From the NCBI GenBank assembly GCA_029564765.1, contig JAKQPK010000013.1, positions 28,216 to 92,215 of the forward strand: a stretch of DNA of 64,000 nt, read 5' to 3'. The notes below the pieces were generated by a model that was not told the origin of the DNA, ran no database searches, and saw only the letters and a list, made by a program, of their open reading frames with translations. Position 1 is the first letter of the stretch. Each line of letters starts with the position of its first letter. This stretch comes from Candidatus Omnitrophota bacterium (lineage in GTDB: Bacteria; Omnitrophota; Gorgyraeia; Zapsychrales; Aceulaceae). This document shows, in pieces, positions 56,462-64,000 of the stretch. Both the position numbers and the translations under genes were made by a program.

Positions 56462-57228
56462 TCAAGAAAATCATTGTTATTTGGGGATGCGCGGCATTAA
56501 TATTTGTTTTGATTGGATTGAAGGTCCGTGAGTATAAGCGCGCGTTTCAGTTTGAAAAAAGTTTGCTGCAGAGAATGGATGCGATCGAGAAAAAACAGGA
56601 TGAGATCCTTACGCGTTTAAATAGCGGAAAGTCCAGAGAAGGGTTTTTTGGAGAAAAATTTAAAGCTGAGCAAAAACCAAAAGCACCTGAACCTCCTGCT
56701 AAAGATGAAACAGTGTATACGATCGATATCGGCGCCACGCCGGTTCGCGGAGATATCAACGGCCGCGTGACGATCGTCGAGTTCTCTGATTTTCAGTGTC
56801 CTTTTTCACAGCGTTTTCATCCAGTGATCGCGCAAGTCCTTGAAGCTTATCCTCAGGGCGTCAAATATGTCTTTAAAAGTTTTCCTTTGCCTTATCATCC
56901 TCAGGCGCGGCCTGCCACAAAAGCCTTATGGGCAGCTCATGAGCAAGGAAAATATTGGGAGATGCTGGATGTTTTGTTCGTCAATGCCAGCATGTTAAGT
57001 GAAGAAAAATATAGCGAGCTGGCAAGCCAGATCGGACTTGATGTTAATCGTTTCACAAAAGACCTAAAGGATAAAGACGCACAATGGGAAAAGATCATCC
57101 TTGATGACATGAACCTTGCCCAGCAGGTCAATTTTATGGGGACGCCGACCTTTTATATCAACGGCAAAAAAACAGACGCGCGGACATTAGAAGCTTTTAA
57201 GAGTGAAATTGATCTTTTGTTAAAATAA
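56458..57228 (+). CDS. DsbA-family thioredoxin-fold protein with CPFS (CxxS) motif, membrane-anchored
   Basis: N-terminal TM anchor and the thioredoxin-fold layout RVTIVEFSDFQCPFSQRFHP...GTPTFYINGK. ATGA overlap with the upstream small gene. Confidence 0.7.
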   Translation: MIKKIIVIWGCAALIFVLIGLKVREYKRAFQFEKSLLQRMDAIEKKQDEILTRLNSGKSREGFFGEKFKAEQKPKAPEPPAKDETVYTIDIGATPVRGDINGRVTIVEFSDFQCPFSQRFHPVIAQVLEAYPQGVKYVFKSFPLPYHPQARPATKALWAAHEQGKYWEMLDVLFVNASMLSEEKYSELASQIGLDVNRFTKDLKDKDAQWEKIILDDMNLAQQVNFMGTPTFYINGKKTDARTLEAFKSEIDLLLK

Positions 57229-57247
57229 ATAAATAAACGAAAAGTTC

Positions 57248-57270
57248 GCCCCGCCGCAGGCGGGGCTCAT
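57248..57270 (+). promoter_or_regulatory. GC hairpin (GCCCCGCC-GCAG-GCGGGGC) after the DsbA-like gene and before the L27-like gene
   Basis: Perfect 8-bp stem. The downstream sequence UCAUUGAAGGAGG runs into the RBS rather than a U tract. Confidence 0.4.
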
Positions 57271-57285
57271 TGAAGGAGGATGTTT

Positions 57286-57573
57286 ATGGGTGGTCGAGTA
57301 GGCGGTTTATCACATATTAACTATAAAGAAACTCGCGGTGTGAAAGTAAGCGGTGGCATGAAGGTCGCTGCCGGGACCGTTTTGACGCGCCAGGGAGACA
57401 AGTGGAAGCCAGGGCTTAATGTGATCGGGCGTATGCATCTTACTGCAGGCTGCGACGGGGAGGTTTATTTTTCCCGCAAAGCTGGAAAGTACCGTAAGGC
57501 AGTCACGCTGATCAATATCCGTCCTCAGGGCGAAAAAGCTGCTAAAAAGAAAACAGCCAAAAAGGCTGCTTAA
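57286..57573 (+). CDS. Divergent ribosomal protein bL27-like protein with Lys/Ala-rich C-terminal tail
   Basis: GVKVSGGMKVAAGTVLTRQGDKWKPGLNVIGRMHLTAGCDGEVYFSRK aligns to the L27 core ([48 protein letters not shown]). The N-terminus lacks AHKKG. The track ORF starts 6 nt earlier. Confidence 0.6.
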   Translation: MGGRVGGLSHINYKETRGVKVSGGMKVAAGTVLTRQGDKWKPGLNVIGRMHLTAGCDGEVYFSRKAGKYRKAVTLINIRPQGEKAAKKKTAKKAA

Positions 57574-57587
57574 TTTTATTTTCTAAT

Positions 57588-59420
57588 ATGTGTGGAATCG
57601 TTGGGTATGTCGGCAAAAAAGAGGCTACGCCTCTTTTGTTGAGCGCCCTGAAACGCTTAGAATATCGAGGGTATGACTCCTGTGGAGTAGGGGTCATATC
57701 CCTCAAAGATGGCCGTATCGCTGTTCAAAAAACTCCCGGCAAGATCCAGAATCTTGTTGACCTCCTGAAAACAAAAGATCTTCCCTTAAGCCATGTGGGC
57801 ATTTCGCATACGCGATGGGCAACACATGGAAAACCTACCCGTTCTAATGCGCATCCTCATGCGGATACCAGTGGAAAAATACTGATCGTTCACAACGGTA
57901 TTATCGAGAACTACCAAGAGCTAAAGGCAGAACTTCAAAGTAAGGGGTATCGATTTACTTCCGAAACGGATTCAGAGGTCATCGCGCATTTGATCGCTTC
58001 TTTTGGTCGTGATGATCTTTTCAAGGCTGTCCAGAAAACACTTAAAAAGCTTGTTGGTTCTTTTGCGCTGGGCATTATTTCAAGCGATTTTCCTGATAGA
58101 TTGATCGCCGCTCGTCTGGGCTCGCCCTTGATCATCGGCGTTGGAAAAGATGAGAATTTTATCGCCTCAGATGTCTCCGCGATCTTAGAGCATACGCGTA
58201 AGATCATTTATCTTAAAGATGGCGAGATCGCTGATATCCGCTCAGATGAGGTTTGCGTTTACGATCTTTCTGGGCGCAAGGTCCCGGCAAAGATTCAGAC
58301 CGTTTCTTTTAAGCTGGATGCGGTTCAGAAAGAAGGTTTTCCGCATTTTATGCTCAAGGAGATTCATGAGCAGCCTGAGGTGCTTTCGGCGATGTTGTCA
58401 CTGCGCCTTAAAAAAGGTATGGTTGTCTTAGAGGGGATCGGCTTATCTGATACGGCGCTTGTTCAATGTCGCAATATTATGATCGTTGCTTGCGGGACCG
58501 CTTATCACGCAGGGCTGGTTGGAAAATATATTATTGAACAACTTGCGTGCGTGCCAGTTGCCGTTGATGTTTCCAGCGAGTTTCGCTATCGCTCGCCGAT
58601 CATAGATAAAAATACGCTTGTTATTGCCGTGAGCCAGTCAGGAGAGACCGCGGATACGTTGGCTGCTGTGCGTGAGGCTAAGGCGCGAGGGGCTAAGGTC
58701 GTTTCGATCTGCAACGTCGTTGGATCTTCCTTGACGCGCGAATCTGATGGGGTTTTGTATACGCACGCAGGGCCTGAGATCGGCGTGGCTTCGACAAAAG
58801 CGTACACCGCCCAGCTTGGCATGATGTATTTATTAGCGTTGAAGTTCGCGGTGATCCATAAAAAGCTTTCCGGTTTTCGCGTTCAAAGCCTTGTCAAAGG
58901 CCTAAAAGAGATCCCCGCAACGCTCAAGAAGATCTTGAAAGATAAGGCTAGGATCGCCAAGATCGCCAGGGCCAACGCGCATTTTGGTTCATTTCTATTC
59001 TTAGGGCGCAATGTGAATTTTCCTTCGGCTCTGGAAGGAGCTTTGAAGCTTAAAGAAATTTCCTATATCCCAGCTGAAGGGTATGCGGCTGGTGAGATGA
59101 AGCATGGGCCCATCGCCCTTATTGATGAATATCGCGCGGTTGTTTGTATCACGCCAGAATCCGATACTTATGAAAAGATGATCTCCAATATGCAAGAGAT
59201 CCGCGCGCGCAAAGGAAAGATCATCGCGATCGCCACCGATGGCGACACGGGGATCCGCCAGCACGCGAGCAACATCATCTATGTCCCTAAGGTCGATCGG
59301 TTATTGACACCCCTTGTGACTGTTTTGCCTCTTCAATTGATCGCTTATTATATCGCTGTCGCCCGCGGCAACGATGTTGACCAGCCAAGGAATTTGGCAA
59401 AATCGGTCACAGTTGAGTAA
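57588..59420 (+). CDS. glmS: Glutamine--fructose-6-phosphate aminotransferase
   Basis: MCGIVGYVG Ntn Cys1, two SIS domains, C-terminal ...VDQPRNLAKSVTVE. 610 aa. Confidence 0.95.
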   Translation: MCGIVGYVGKKEATPLLLSALKRLEYRGYDSCGVGVISLKDGRIAVQKTPGKIQNLVDLLKTKDLPLSHVGISHTRWATHGKPTRSNAHPHADTSGKILIVHNGIIENYQELKAELQSKGYRFTSETDSEVIAHLIASFGRDDLFKAVQKTLKKLVGSFALGIISSDFPDRLIAARLGSPLIIGVGKDENFIASDVSAILEHTRKIIYLKDGEIADIRSDEVCVYDLSGRKVPAKIQTVSFKLDAVQKEGFPHFMLKEIHEQPEVLSAMLSLRLKKGMVVLEGIGLSDTALVQCRNIMIVACGTAYHAGLVGKYIIEQLACVPVAVDVSSEFRYRSPIIDKNTLVIAVSQSGETADTLAAVREAKARGAKVVSICNVVGSSLTRESDGVLYTHAGPEIGVASTKAYTAQLGMMYLLALKFAVIHKKLSGFRVQSLVKGLKEIPATLKKILKDKARIAKIARANAHFGSFLFLGRNVNFPSALEGALKLKEISYIPAEGYAAGEMKHGPIALIDEYRAVVCITPESDTYEKMISNMQEIRARKGKIIAIATDGDTGIRQHASNIIYVPKVDRLLTPLVTVLPLQLIAYYIAVARGNDVDQPRNLAKSVTVE

Positions 59421-59433
59421 GACAAATTATTAA

Positions 59434-59515
59434 CTCCGAAACCTTCGCTGCGCTTAGGTTCGGAGTAAATTCGGCCATGTGACTTACGTTCACTGGCGTT
59501 CCGTAAGTCACGGCC
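59434..59515 (+). repeat. Composite two-hairpin intergenic element, copy 3 (glmS-rsmI spacer)
   Basis: Hairpin CUCCGAACC...GGUUCGGAG, the shared linker UAAAUUCG, then the hairpin GUGACUUACG-UUCACUGGCGUU-CCGUAAGUCAC. Stems covary with copies 1 and 2. Confidence 0.55.
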
Positions 59516-59521
59516 TCATTT

Positions 59522-60187
59522 ATGTTATACATCGTCTCCACCCCTATTGGCAATCTCAAGGATATCACGCTTCGCGCGATCGAAACGCTCAAAAGCGTGG
59601 ATCTGATCGCCGCCGAAGACACTCGTCACACACAAATTTTATTAAAAACTTACGATATCCATACTCCGTTAACAAGTTATTACGAACATAACGAGTTTTC
59701 AAAGTCAAAACATCTGCTTGAGCTCTTGCAGCAAGGAAAGAATGTGGCGGTCGTGACCGATGCCGGCACCCCGGGGATCAGCGATCCCGGCTACTTGCTG
59801 ATCAAGCTCGCGCAGGAAAACAATATCCCAACGACCGTTGTCCCTGGACCAACAGCCTTGGTCGCCGGGTTATCTTTATCGGGTGCCCCAGCGCACAGTT
59901 TTGTTTTTGAAGGGTTCTTGCCTGTCAAGTCTGGGGCACGCCAGAAGAAACTCGCGGATCTTAAAAGCGAAACAAGGACCATCATTTTTTATGAGGCCCC
60001 GCACAGGGTGCTGAAAACACTTCAAGATATACAAGATGTTTTAAATGACCCTGTTGTCATTTGCGCTCGCGAGATCACAAAGAAGTTTGAGGAAGTCAAA
60101 AAAGCCAAAGCAAGCGATCTCATCATCCACTTCTGCCAAAATCCTCCCAAGGGCGAATTCGTGATCTTGCTTCACCTTGCCCCTTAA
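59522..60187 (+). CDS. rsmI: 16S rRNA (cytidine1402-2'-O)-methyltransferase
   Basis: MLYIVSTPIGNLKDITLRAIETLKSVDLIAAEDTRHT... tetrapyrrole-methylase-like fold typical of RsmI. Confidence 0.9.
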   Translation: MLYIVSTPIGNLKDITLRAIETLKSVDLIAAEDTRHTQILLKTYDIHTPLTSYYEHNEFSKSKHLLELLQQGKNVAVVTDAGTPGISDPGYLLIKLAQENNIPTTVVPGPTALVAGLSLSGAPAHSFVFEGFLPVKSGARQKKLADLKSETRTIIFYEAPHRVLKTLQDIQDVLNDPVVICAREITKKFEEVKKAKASDLIIHFCQNPPKGEFVILLHLAP

Positions 60188-60283
60188 GGTAGCGCTTTCC
60201 CCAAAACCCCTTTAGCCCCTTTAATAAATATTAATATATTTTATACTTACTTTGTCGGGATAAAAAAAGGGGGAGGGTAAAAA

Positions 60284-63200
60284 GTGCTTTTAAAAGCCAC
60301 GGAAAAGCATTGTTGCTCATTTAAGGCAGTTATTGTATGTCTTTTAGTTTCATTTTCATTAATGAGCGTTGTGCCTGCCCAAGCATTAGCTCAGGGTGTT
60401 TTTAGCCTCCCCACTCCCGGCACGGTAGTCTCTTTAAGCCCAGGTTTTGTGCCTGTCATGCTTCGCGGCCTTCAGGTCAACTTAGCGAATCCTTTTCAGT
60501 TTGACTTTATCGTCGATTCTGGCAATACCGGCCTTGAGGGCGATGCATTAAAAGCAGAAAGCGAGAAGTTAGCTCGTTATTTTCTGGCCACACTGACCAC
60601 CCCGGAAGAAGACCTATGGGTCAATCTGTCTCCTTATGAGAACAATCGCGTTATCCCTGAGGAGCTTGGACAGACCCAGATGGGCCAGGAACTTCTTGCC
60701 CAAGATTATATTTTAAAGCAGATTACCGCCTCTTTGATCTTGCCAGACAGCAAGACCGGTAAGATTTTTTGGGATAAAGTTTACAAAAAGGCTTATGAGG
60801 AGTATGGAGCGACCAGTATTCCAACCGATACGTTTAATAAGGTATGGATCGTTCCAGAGCGTGCTGTTGTTTATGAGGATGTGGACAGGGCAGTCATTAC
60901 CGAGAGCCATCTGAAGGTCATGTTGGAAGAGGACTACCTTGCTGCGCAAGAAAGTCAAAAGTCAAAAGTCAAAAGTCAAAATGAAACCCAACCACTAAAT
61001 ACTAACGACCAAATACTAACAGCCAGCCCTCTTTCTTCGCAAATCGCCCGTGAAGTCCTGATTCCTCTTTTAGAAAAAGAAGTGAACGAAGGAAGAAATT
61101 TTGCTCAATTGCGCCAGATGTTCCACGCTATGGTTTTGGCAACTTGGTATAAGCAGGCATTAAAAGAGTCGATTATTAATAAGGTGTATGCGGATAAGAA
61201 GAAGGTAGAAGGATTAGAATTAGTCGATAGTCGTGAGCATATAGTATCTAGTAACGACCAACCACTAAATACTAACGACCATATACCAAATACTGTTCAA
61301 TCTATTTATGATCAATACCTTGCCGCGTATAAAAAAGGCGTTTGCGATCTTGTCAGGGTTGAGCAAGATCCGCATACTCACAAGCCTGTTGCGCGTAAGT
61401 ATTTTTCTGGAGGATTTGGAAGGCCTGGAGGGAAGCCTATTTCTTCAGCGATCACAAGAAAACCTTGGGCCGCTTTAACGAATAGCTTGGCAAGATTCAT
61501 TGCTGGAACAGCTTTTGCGGTGGCTATGGTGCTGGGAAGCCCTGATGCCGGCGCGGCAAGCAACTCCACAAGGCCATCGATGGAACAGGCGGAGGAGAAA
61601 GTAAAAACAGAAATTGAGAATAAAGAGCAAGATGAATTTGGTCAGGCCGTGGAAATGTTAAGAGATCGGGTCAAAGAATTTAGAGATCCTTCCTCTTGGA
61701 ATCAGGATTTTTTCAGCAAAGAAAATTTACTGGGAACAGTTATTGCAGGGCTTTTGATTGTTGCGGCAGCAGGCTTAGGCGGCAGCATATCTTTTCGCTC
61801 TGTTAGGAAAAGAGCGTTAAAAAGAATTACCCAAGACATTAAGGATGGGAATGTGAACCCGAAGATGTTCTTAAAAGACAATGCTTTGTTTTTGTCATCG
61901 GGAAGAGTGCAGATTGCTATCGACCGCGAGCAGATTCGCTTTGGGGATCTTTTCAAATTGAATATTAAGAACGACGATAGAAGATATTTTGTTTCTCTTC
62001 TCTGGCTTTTACCATTTTTTGTTAATAAAAACAATCCGGATTCGCCCCAGATGAAAGACTTTATTTGGAGTTGTTTTGGCCACTCCATGACATTGCCTCA
62101 AAAATTTTATCGACGGGATATAGAGCACCCTTTTTTTCAGCAGGAACCGTTGCTTGATAGAAACATAGTTCTTGATTTTTTTGTTGAGAAAATGATCGAG
62201 TACCCGGAACTGAGGACTGCGCTTCAGGAAAGATTCGCGGATATACGCCCCAATTTTTATTACCATACCGCTGGGAATCTTTTAGATACGTCAGATCGTG
62301 TTGTGGAGTTAGCCGCAATAGTCGCTCGGGAGATCAGAGAGGGTAAAAAGGATTACGAGCCAGACCTTTTATTTTTAGATTATCTATCTAAATTCTTTTA
62401 CCATAATGATCGCTCTCCTTTGATCCTTGGAACATTTTTTAAGGAGCTGTTCCCTCAAGACCAAGATGTAGTTGCAAAGCTTTTAAATAAATTAAGAGCT
62501 GAATATAAGTATAGTGATTTCCTTGGAGAAATCCCTGCAATTGGAATATTCGCTATAAAGAACAAAGAGATCATTGATAATAACGCATCATTGATAAAGG
62601 CGATTTTATCGCAAGAAAGCAATGTGCGAGGCATCTTGGGCTCTCATATTGCCTCCCACCATAATTTTACACAAAAAGAATTTAATAGTTTCTTGGAGGT
62701 CTTTCTTTTAAATCCTGAAGCGAATGATATTATTGCTGATGTTCTTTTTGGGTGGTATAAAAGACGCTCAGAAAGTTTTATCCTGCCGAAAAATCTTCAG
62801 GACGCAATGCAAGAGTTAAAATCCGGAGTGGCGCAGACAGAGCACCTCCTGGAATCGCCCCGATATCTTTTAGCAAACTATTTTCTTTTAGGCGATTTAA
62901 TAGCGGAAAATAAAAAAGAAGGCATGATCAGCGAGAGGGTCAATTTCTCCCAATTAAAAGAATTCATAAAAGATTTTTTTAAAGCGCAAAGTGATAATAT
63001 TTCTAGTTTTAATCGAATAGGAGAAAACGATCTTTTGAATTTAAGGGCGGTTGCTTATGAGGCTTTTTTGATGTGGGAGCAAATTATTAACGTACAGCAA
63101 AAGGCACAAGAATTAGATTTAGAAGTTGTGGTTGTCGCAAATCTTTCTTACGGGGGTGTTGCTTTAGCGCCCATCACAGATCAGAAAGGGAGCGAATATT

Positions 63201-64000
63201 TTATCAGGGGAACAAATATTCCTGTTTGGCGCACCAAGGTTGGCTCAACAGAGGCTCATAACAATGAATACGTTCTGCCTGAAGATCTTTTTTCACCTGA
63301 TCAATTAAGATTTTTAGTTGAGAAAAAACCTATGGTCATTGTCGTTGATGGTTCTACATCTGTTGCGGACAAGAATAGGACATCAGCGCACATCCCTGAT
63401 GGATTTAAAGGATACAGAAACTTTTTTATTGCATTCAACCTTGCTCTTGAGCGTCAGGTTAATCCTATAGAATTTTTTCAAAACAAAATTTTTGTTGACG
63501 GCTTACAGGCAACTCCGAATGTCATAAATATAGCAAGTAAGATTCGTGATATGGACCTTGAGCTTGATCAGGCGGCTCCGTATGTTTTGAGGTTTTGGTA
63601 TAAAAGAAGAGGGTCTCTATATCTTCGTCAGCACAAAACACGAGATTCCATTGCCCGTAAAGTTGATATAAAGAAGCTTGAATCCCCAGCTTGCATTATT
63701 TTTCAGTCTGCTGTCCATCCTAAAGATGTTCCCGCGGTAATAAAGAATGATTTTATTGGTGGTAAACATACGCCAGCCAGGTTCGATGATACTGATGCTT
63801 TTAAGAGATTCTTACTCTCGTTTCAAGAGGGTTATGGGGTTGTTCCTTCTGAAATATATGCTGATTATTCTCGAAGAGCTCTTGAAGATTTGATAGGTTT
63901 GCTGGGGGATCCGACACAAGAATCCTTATCTAAACAAGCCGGAAAAATTTTTTCTGAAGAATCAATTGAATCTAAGCCCTCAGGGGCGTCGCCTTTGACC
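60284..64000 (+). CDS. Very large secreted or membrane-associated protein of unknown function; 5' partial, at least 1239 codons and runs off the window. NOT in the supplied ORF track
   Basis: RBS AAGGGGGAGGG plus GTG at 60284. Sec signal peptide MLLKATEKHCCSFKAVIVCLLVSFSLMSVVPAQALA-QG. I checked 1239 consecutive sense codons by hand to position 64000 with no stop. Internal TM-like segment GTVIAGLLIVAAAGLGGSISF. Confidence 0.8.
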   Translation, partial: MLLKATEKHCCSFKAVIVCLLVSFSLMSVVPAQALAQGVFSLPTPGTVVSLSPGFVPVMLRGLQVNLANPFQFDFIVDSGNTGLEGDALKAESEKLARYFLATLTTPEEDLWVNLSPYENNRVIPEELGQTQMGQELLAQDYILKQITASLILPDSKTGKIFWDKVYKKAYEEYGATSIPTDTFNKVWIVPERAVVYEDVDRAVITESHLKVMLEEDYLAAQESQKSKVKSQNETQPLNTNDQILTASPLSSQIAREVLIPLLEKEVNEGRNFAQLRQMFHAMVLATWYKQALKESIINKVYADKKKVEGLELVDSREHIVSSNDQPLNTNDHIPNTVQSIYDQYLAAYKKGVCDLVRVEQDPHTHKPVARKYFSGGFGRPGGKPISSAITRKPWAALTNSLARFIAGTAFAVAMVLGSPDAGAASNSTRPSMEQAEEKVKTEIENKEQDEFGQAVEMLRDRVKEFRDPSSWNQDFFSKENLLGTVIAGLLIVAAAGLGGSISFRSVRKRALKRITQDIKDGNVNPKMFLKDNALFLSSGRVQIAIDREQIRFGDLFKLNIKNDDRRYFVSLLWLLPFFVNKNNPDSPQMKDFIWSCFGHSMTLPQKFYRRDIEHPFFQQEPLLDRNIVLDFFVEKMIEYPELRTALQERFADIRPNFYYHTAGNLLDTSDRVVELAAIVAREIREGKKDYEPDLLFLDYLSKFFYHNDRSPLILGTFFKELFPQDQDVVAKLLNKLRAEYKYSDFLGEIPAIGIFAIKNKEIIDNNASLIKAILSQESNVRGILGSHIASHHNFTQKEFNSFLEVFLLNPEANDIIADVLFGWYKRRSESFILPKNLQDAMQELKSGVAQTEHLLESPRYLLANYFLLGDLIAENKKEGMISERVNFSQLKEFIKDFFKAQSDNISSFNRIGENDLLNLRAVAYEAFLMWEQIINVQQKAQELDLEVVVVANLSYGGVALAPITDQKGSEYFIRGTNIPVWRTKVGSTEAHNNEYVLPEDLFSPDQLRFLVEKKPMVIVVDGSTSVADKNRTSAHIPDGFKGYRNFFIAFNLALERQVNPIEFFQNKIFVDGLQATPNVINIASKIRDMDLELDQAAPYVLRFWYKRRGSLYLRQHKTRDSIARKVDIKKLESPACIIFQSAVHPKDVPAVIKNDFIGGKHTPARFDDTDAFKRFLLSFQEGYGVVPSEIYADYSRRALEDLIGLLGDPTQESLSKQAGKIFSEESIESKPSGASPLT
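60954..60981 (+). repeat. Heptanucleotide tandem repeat (GTCAAAA)x4 inside the giant ORF
   Basis: Four perfect copies in frame, coding QESQKSKVKSQN. The unit length is not divisible by 3. Confidence 0.7.

Overview
This is a bacterial chromosomal window of moderate GC that is densely coding, with no transposases, rRNA or CRISPR. It divides into eight regions.

1. **1-8.5 kb, signalling genes.** Histidine-kinase C-terminus plus two CheY-like regulators, a divergent CheY regulator, a GAF-GAF-ANTAR RNA-binding regulator, and an HD-GYP phosphodiesterase. Housekeeping genes for a HAD hydrolase, a thiolase, an LhgO-like oxidase and a DUF2148 ferredoxin-like protein sit among them.

2. **8.6-8.9 kb, operon leader.** A strong sigma70-type promoter is followed by three tandem units, each a hexaloop hairpin plus a terminator-like hairpin. 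These match the ANTAR-target architecture.

3. **8.9-33.2 kb, one co-directional operon-like array for nitrogen assimilation and glutamine use.** Gene order: amtB, glnK, glnN (type III glutamine synthetase), a GATase1, nadE, a mini Fis-like HTH, gltB, gltD, a KaiC-like plus PEP-utilising ATP-grasp protein, carA, carB, purF, pyrG, then a GT-C-like membrane protein.

4. **33.2-37.7 kb, envelope and surface genes.** tRNA-Leu lies between two paralogous membrane proteins. Next come rpe, an Flp-type pilin-like gene with a cysteine-rich C-terminal domain, and an AT-rich polytopic membrane protein.

5. **37.7-41.5 kb, minus-strand signalling module.** FIST sensor, GAF histidine kinase, then a receiver-GGDEF regulator with a GGDDF motif.

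6. **41.5-48.9 kb.** tRNA-Glu; purC flanked by two MpsC/DUF2294 paralogues; a gamma carbonic anhydrase; a promoter-to-terminator leader or sRNA candidate; and a 1349-aa CHASE-PAS hybrid histidine kinase with its receiver.

7. **49.0-60.2 kb.**
   - A tightly overlapping DUF134 (UPF0251), SAM methyltransferase, NifX/NafY-like, minimal ABC/RecF-like ATPase and MBL hydrolase cluster, followed by zupT and a ferritin-like gene.
   - pabB-like and uppP genes, a D-Ala-D-Ala carboxypeptidase and a DsbA-like CxxS protein.
   - A divergent L27-like protein.
   - glmS and rsmI, with a three-copy family of structured two-hairpin intergenic elements.

8. **60284 to the window end.** A signal-peptide-bearing ORF of at least 1239 codons that is absent from the supplied ORF track because it has no stop inside the window. 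It contains a (GTCAAAA)x4 heptanucleotide tract and a duplicated 23-nt repeat.

Coordinates of features I called by hand from the raw sequence (RNAs, hairpins, promoters) may be off by 1-2 nt.
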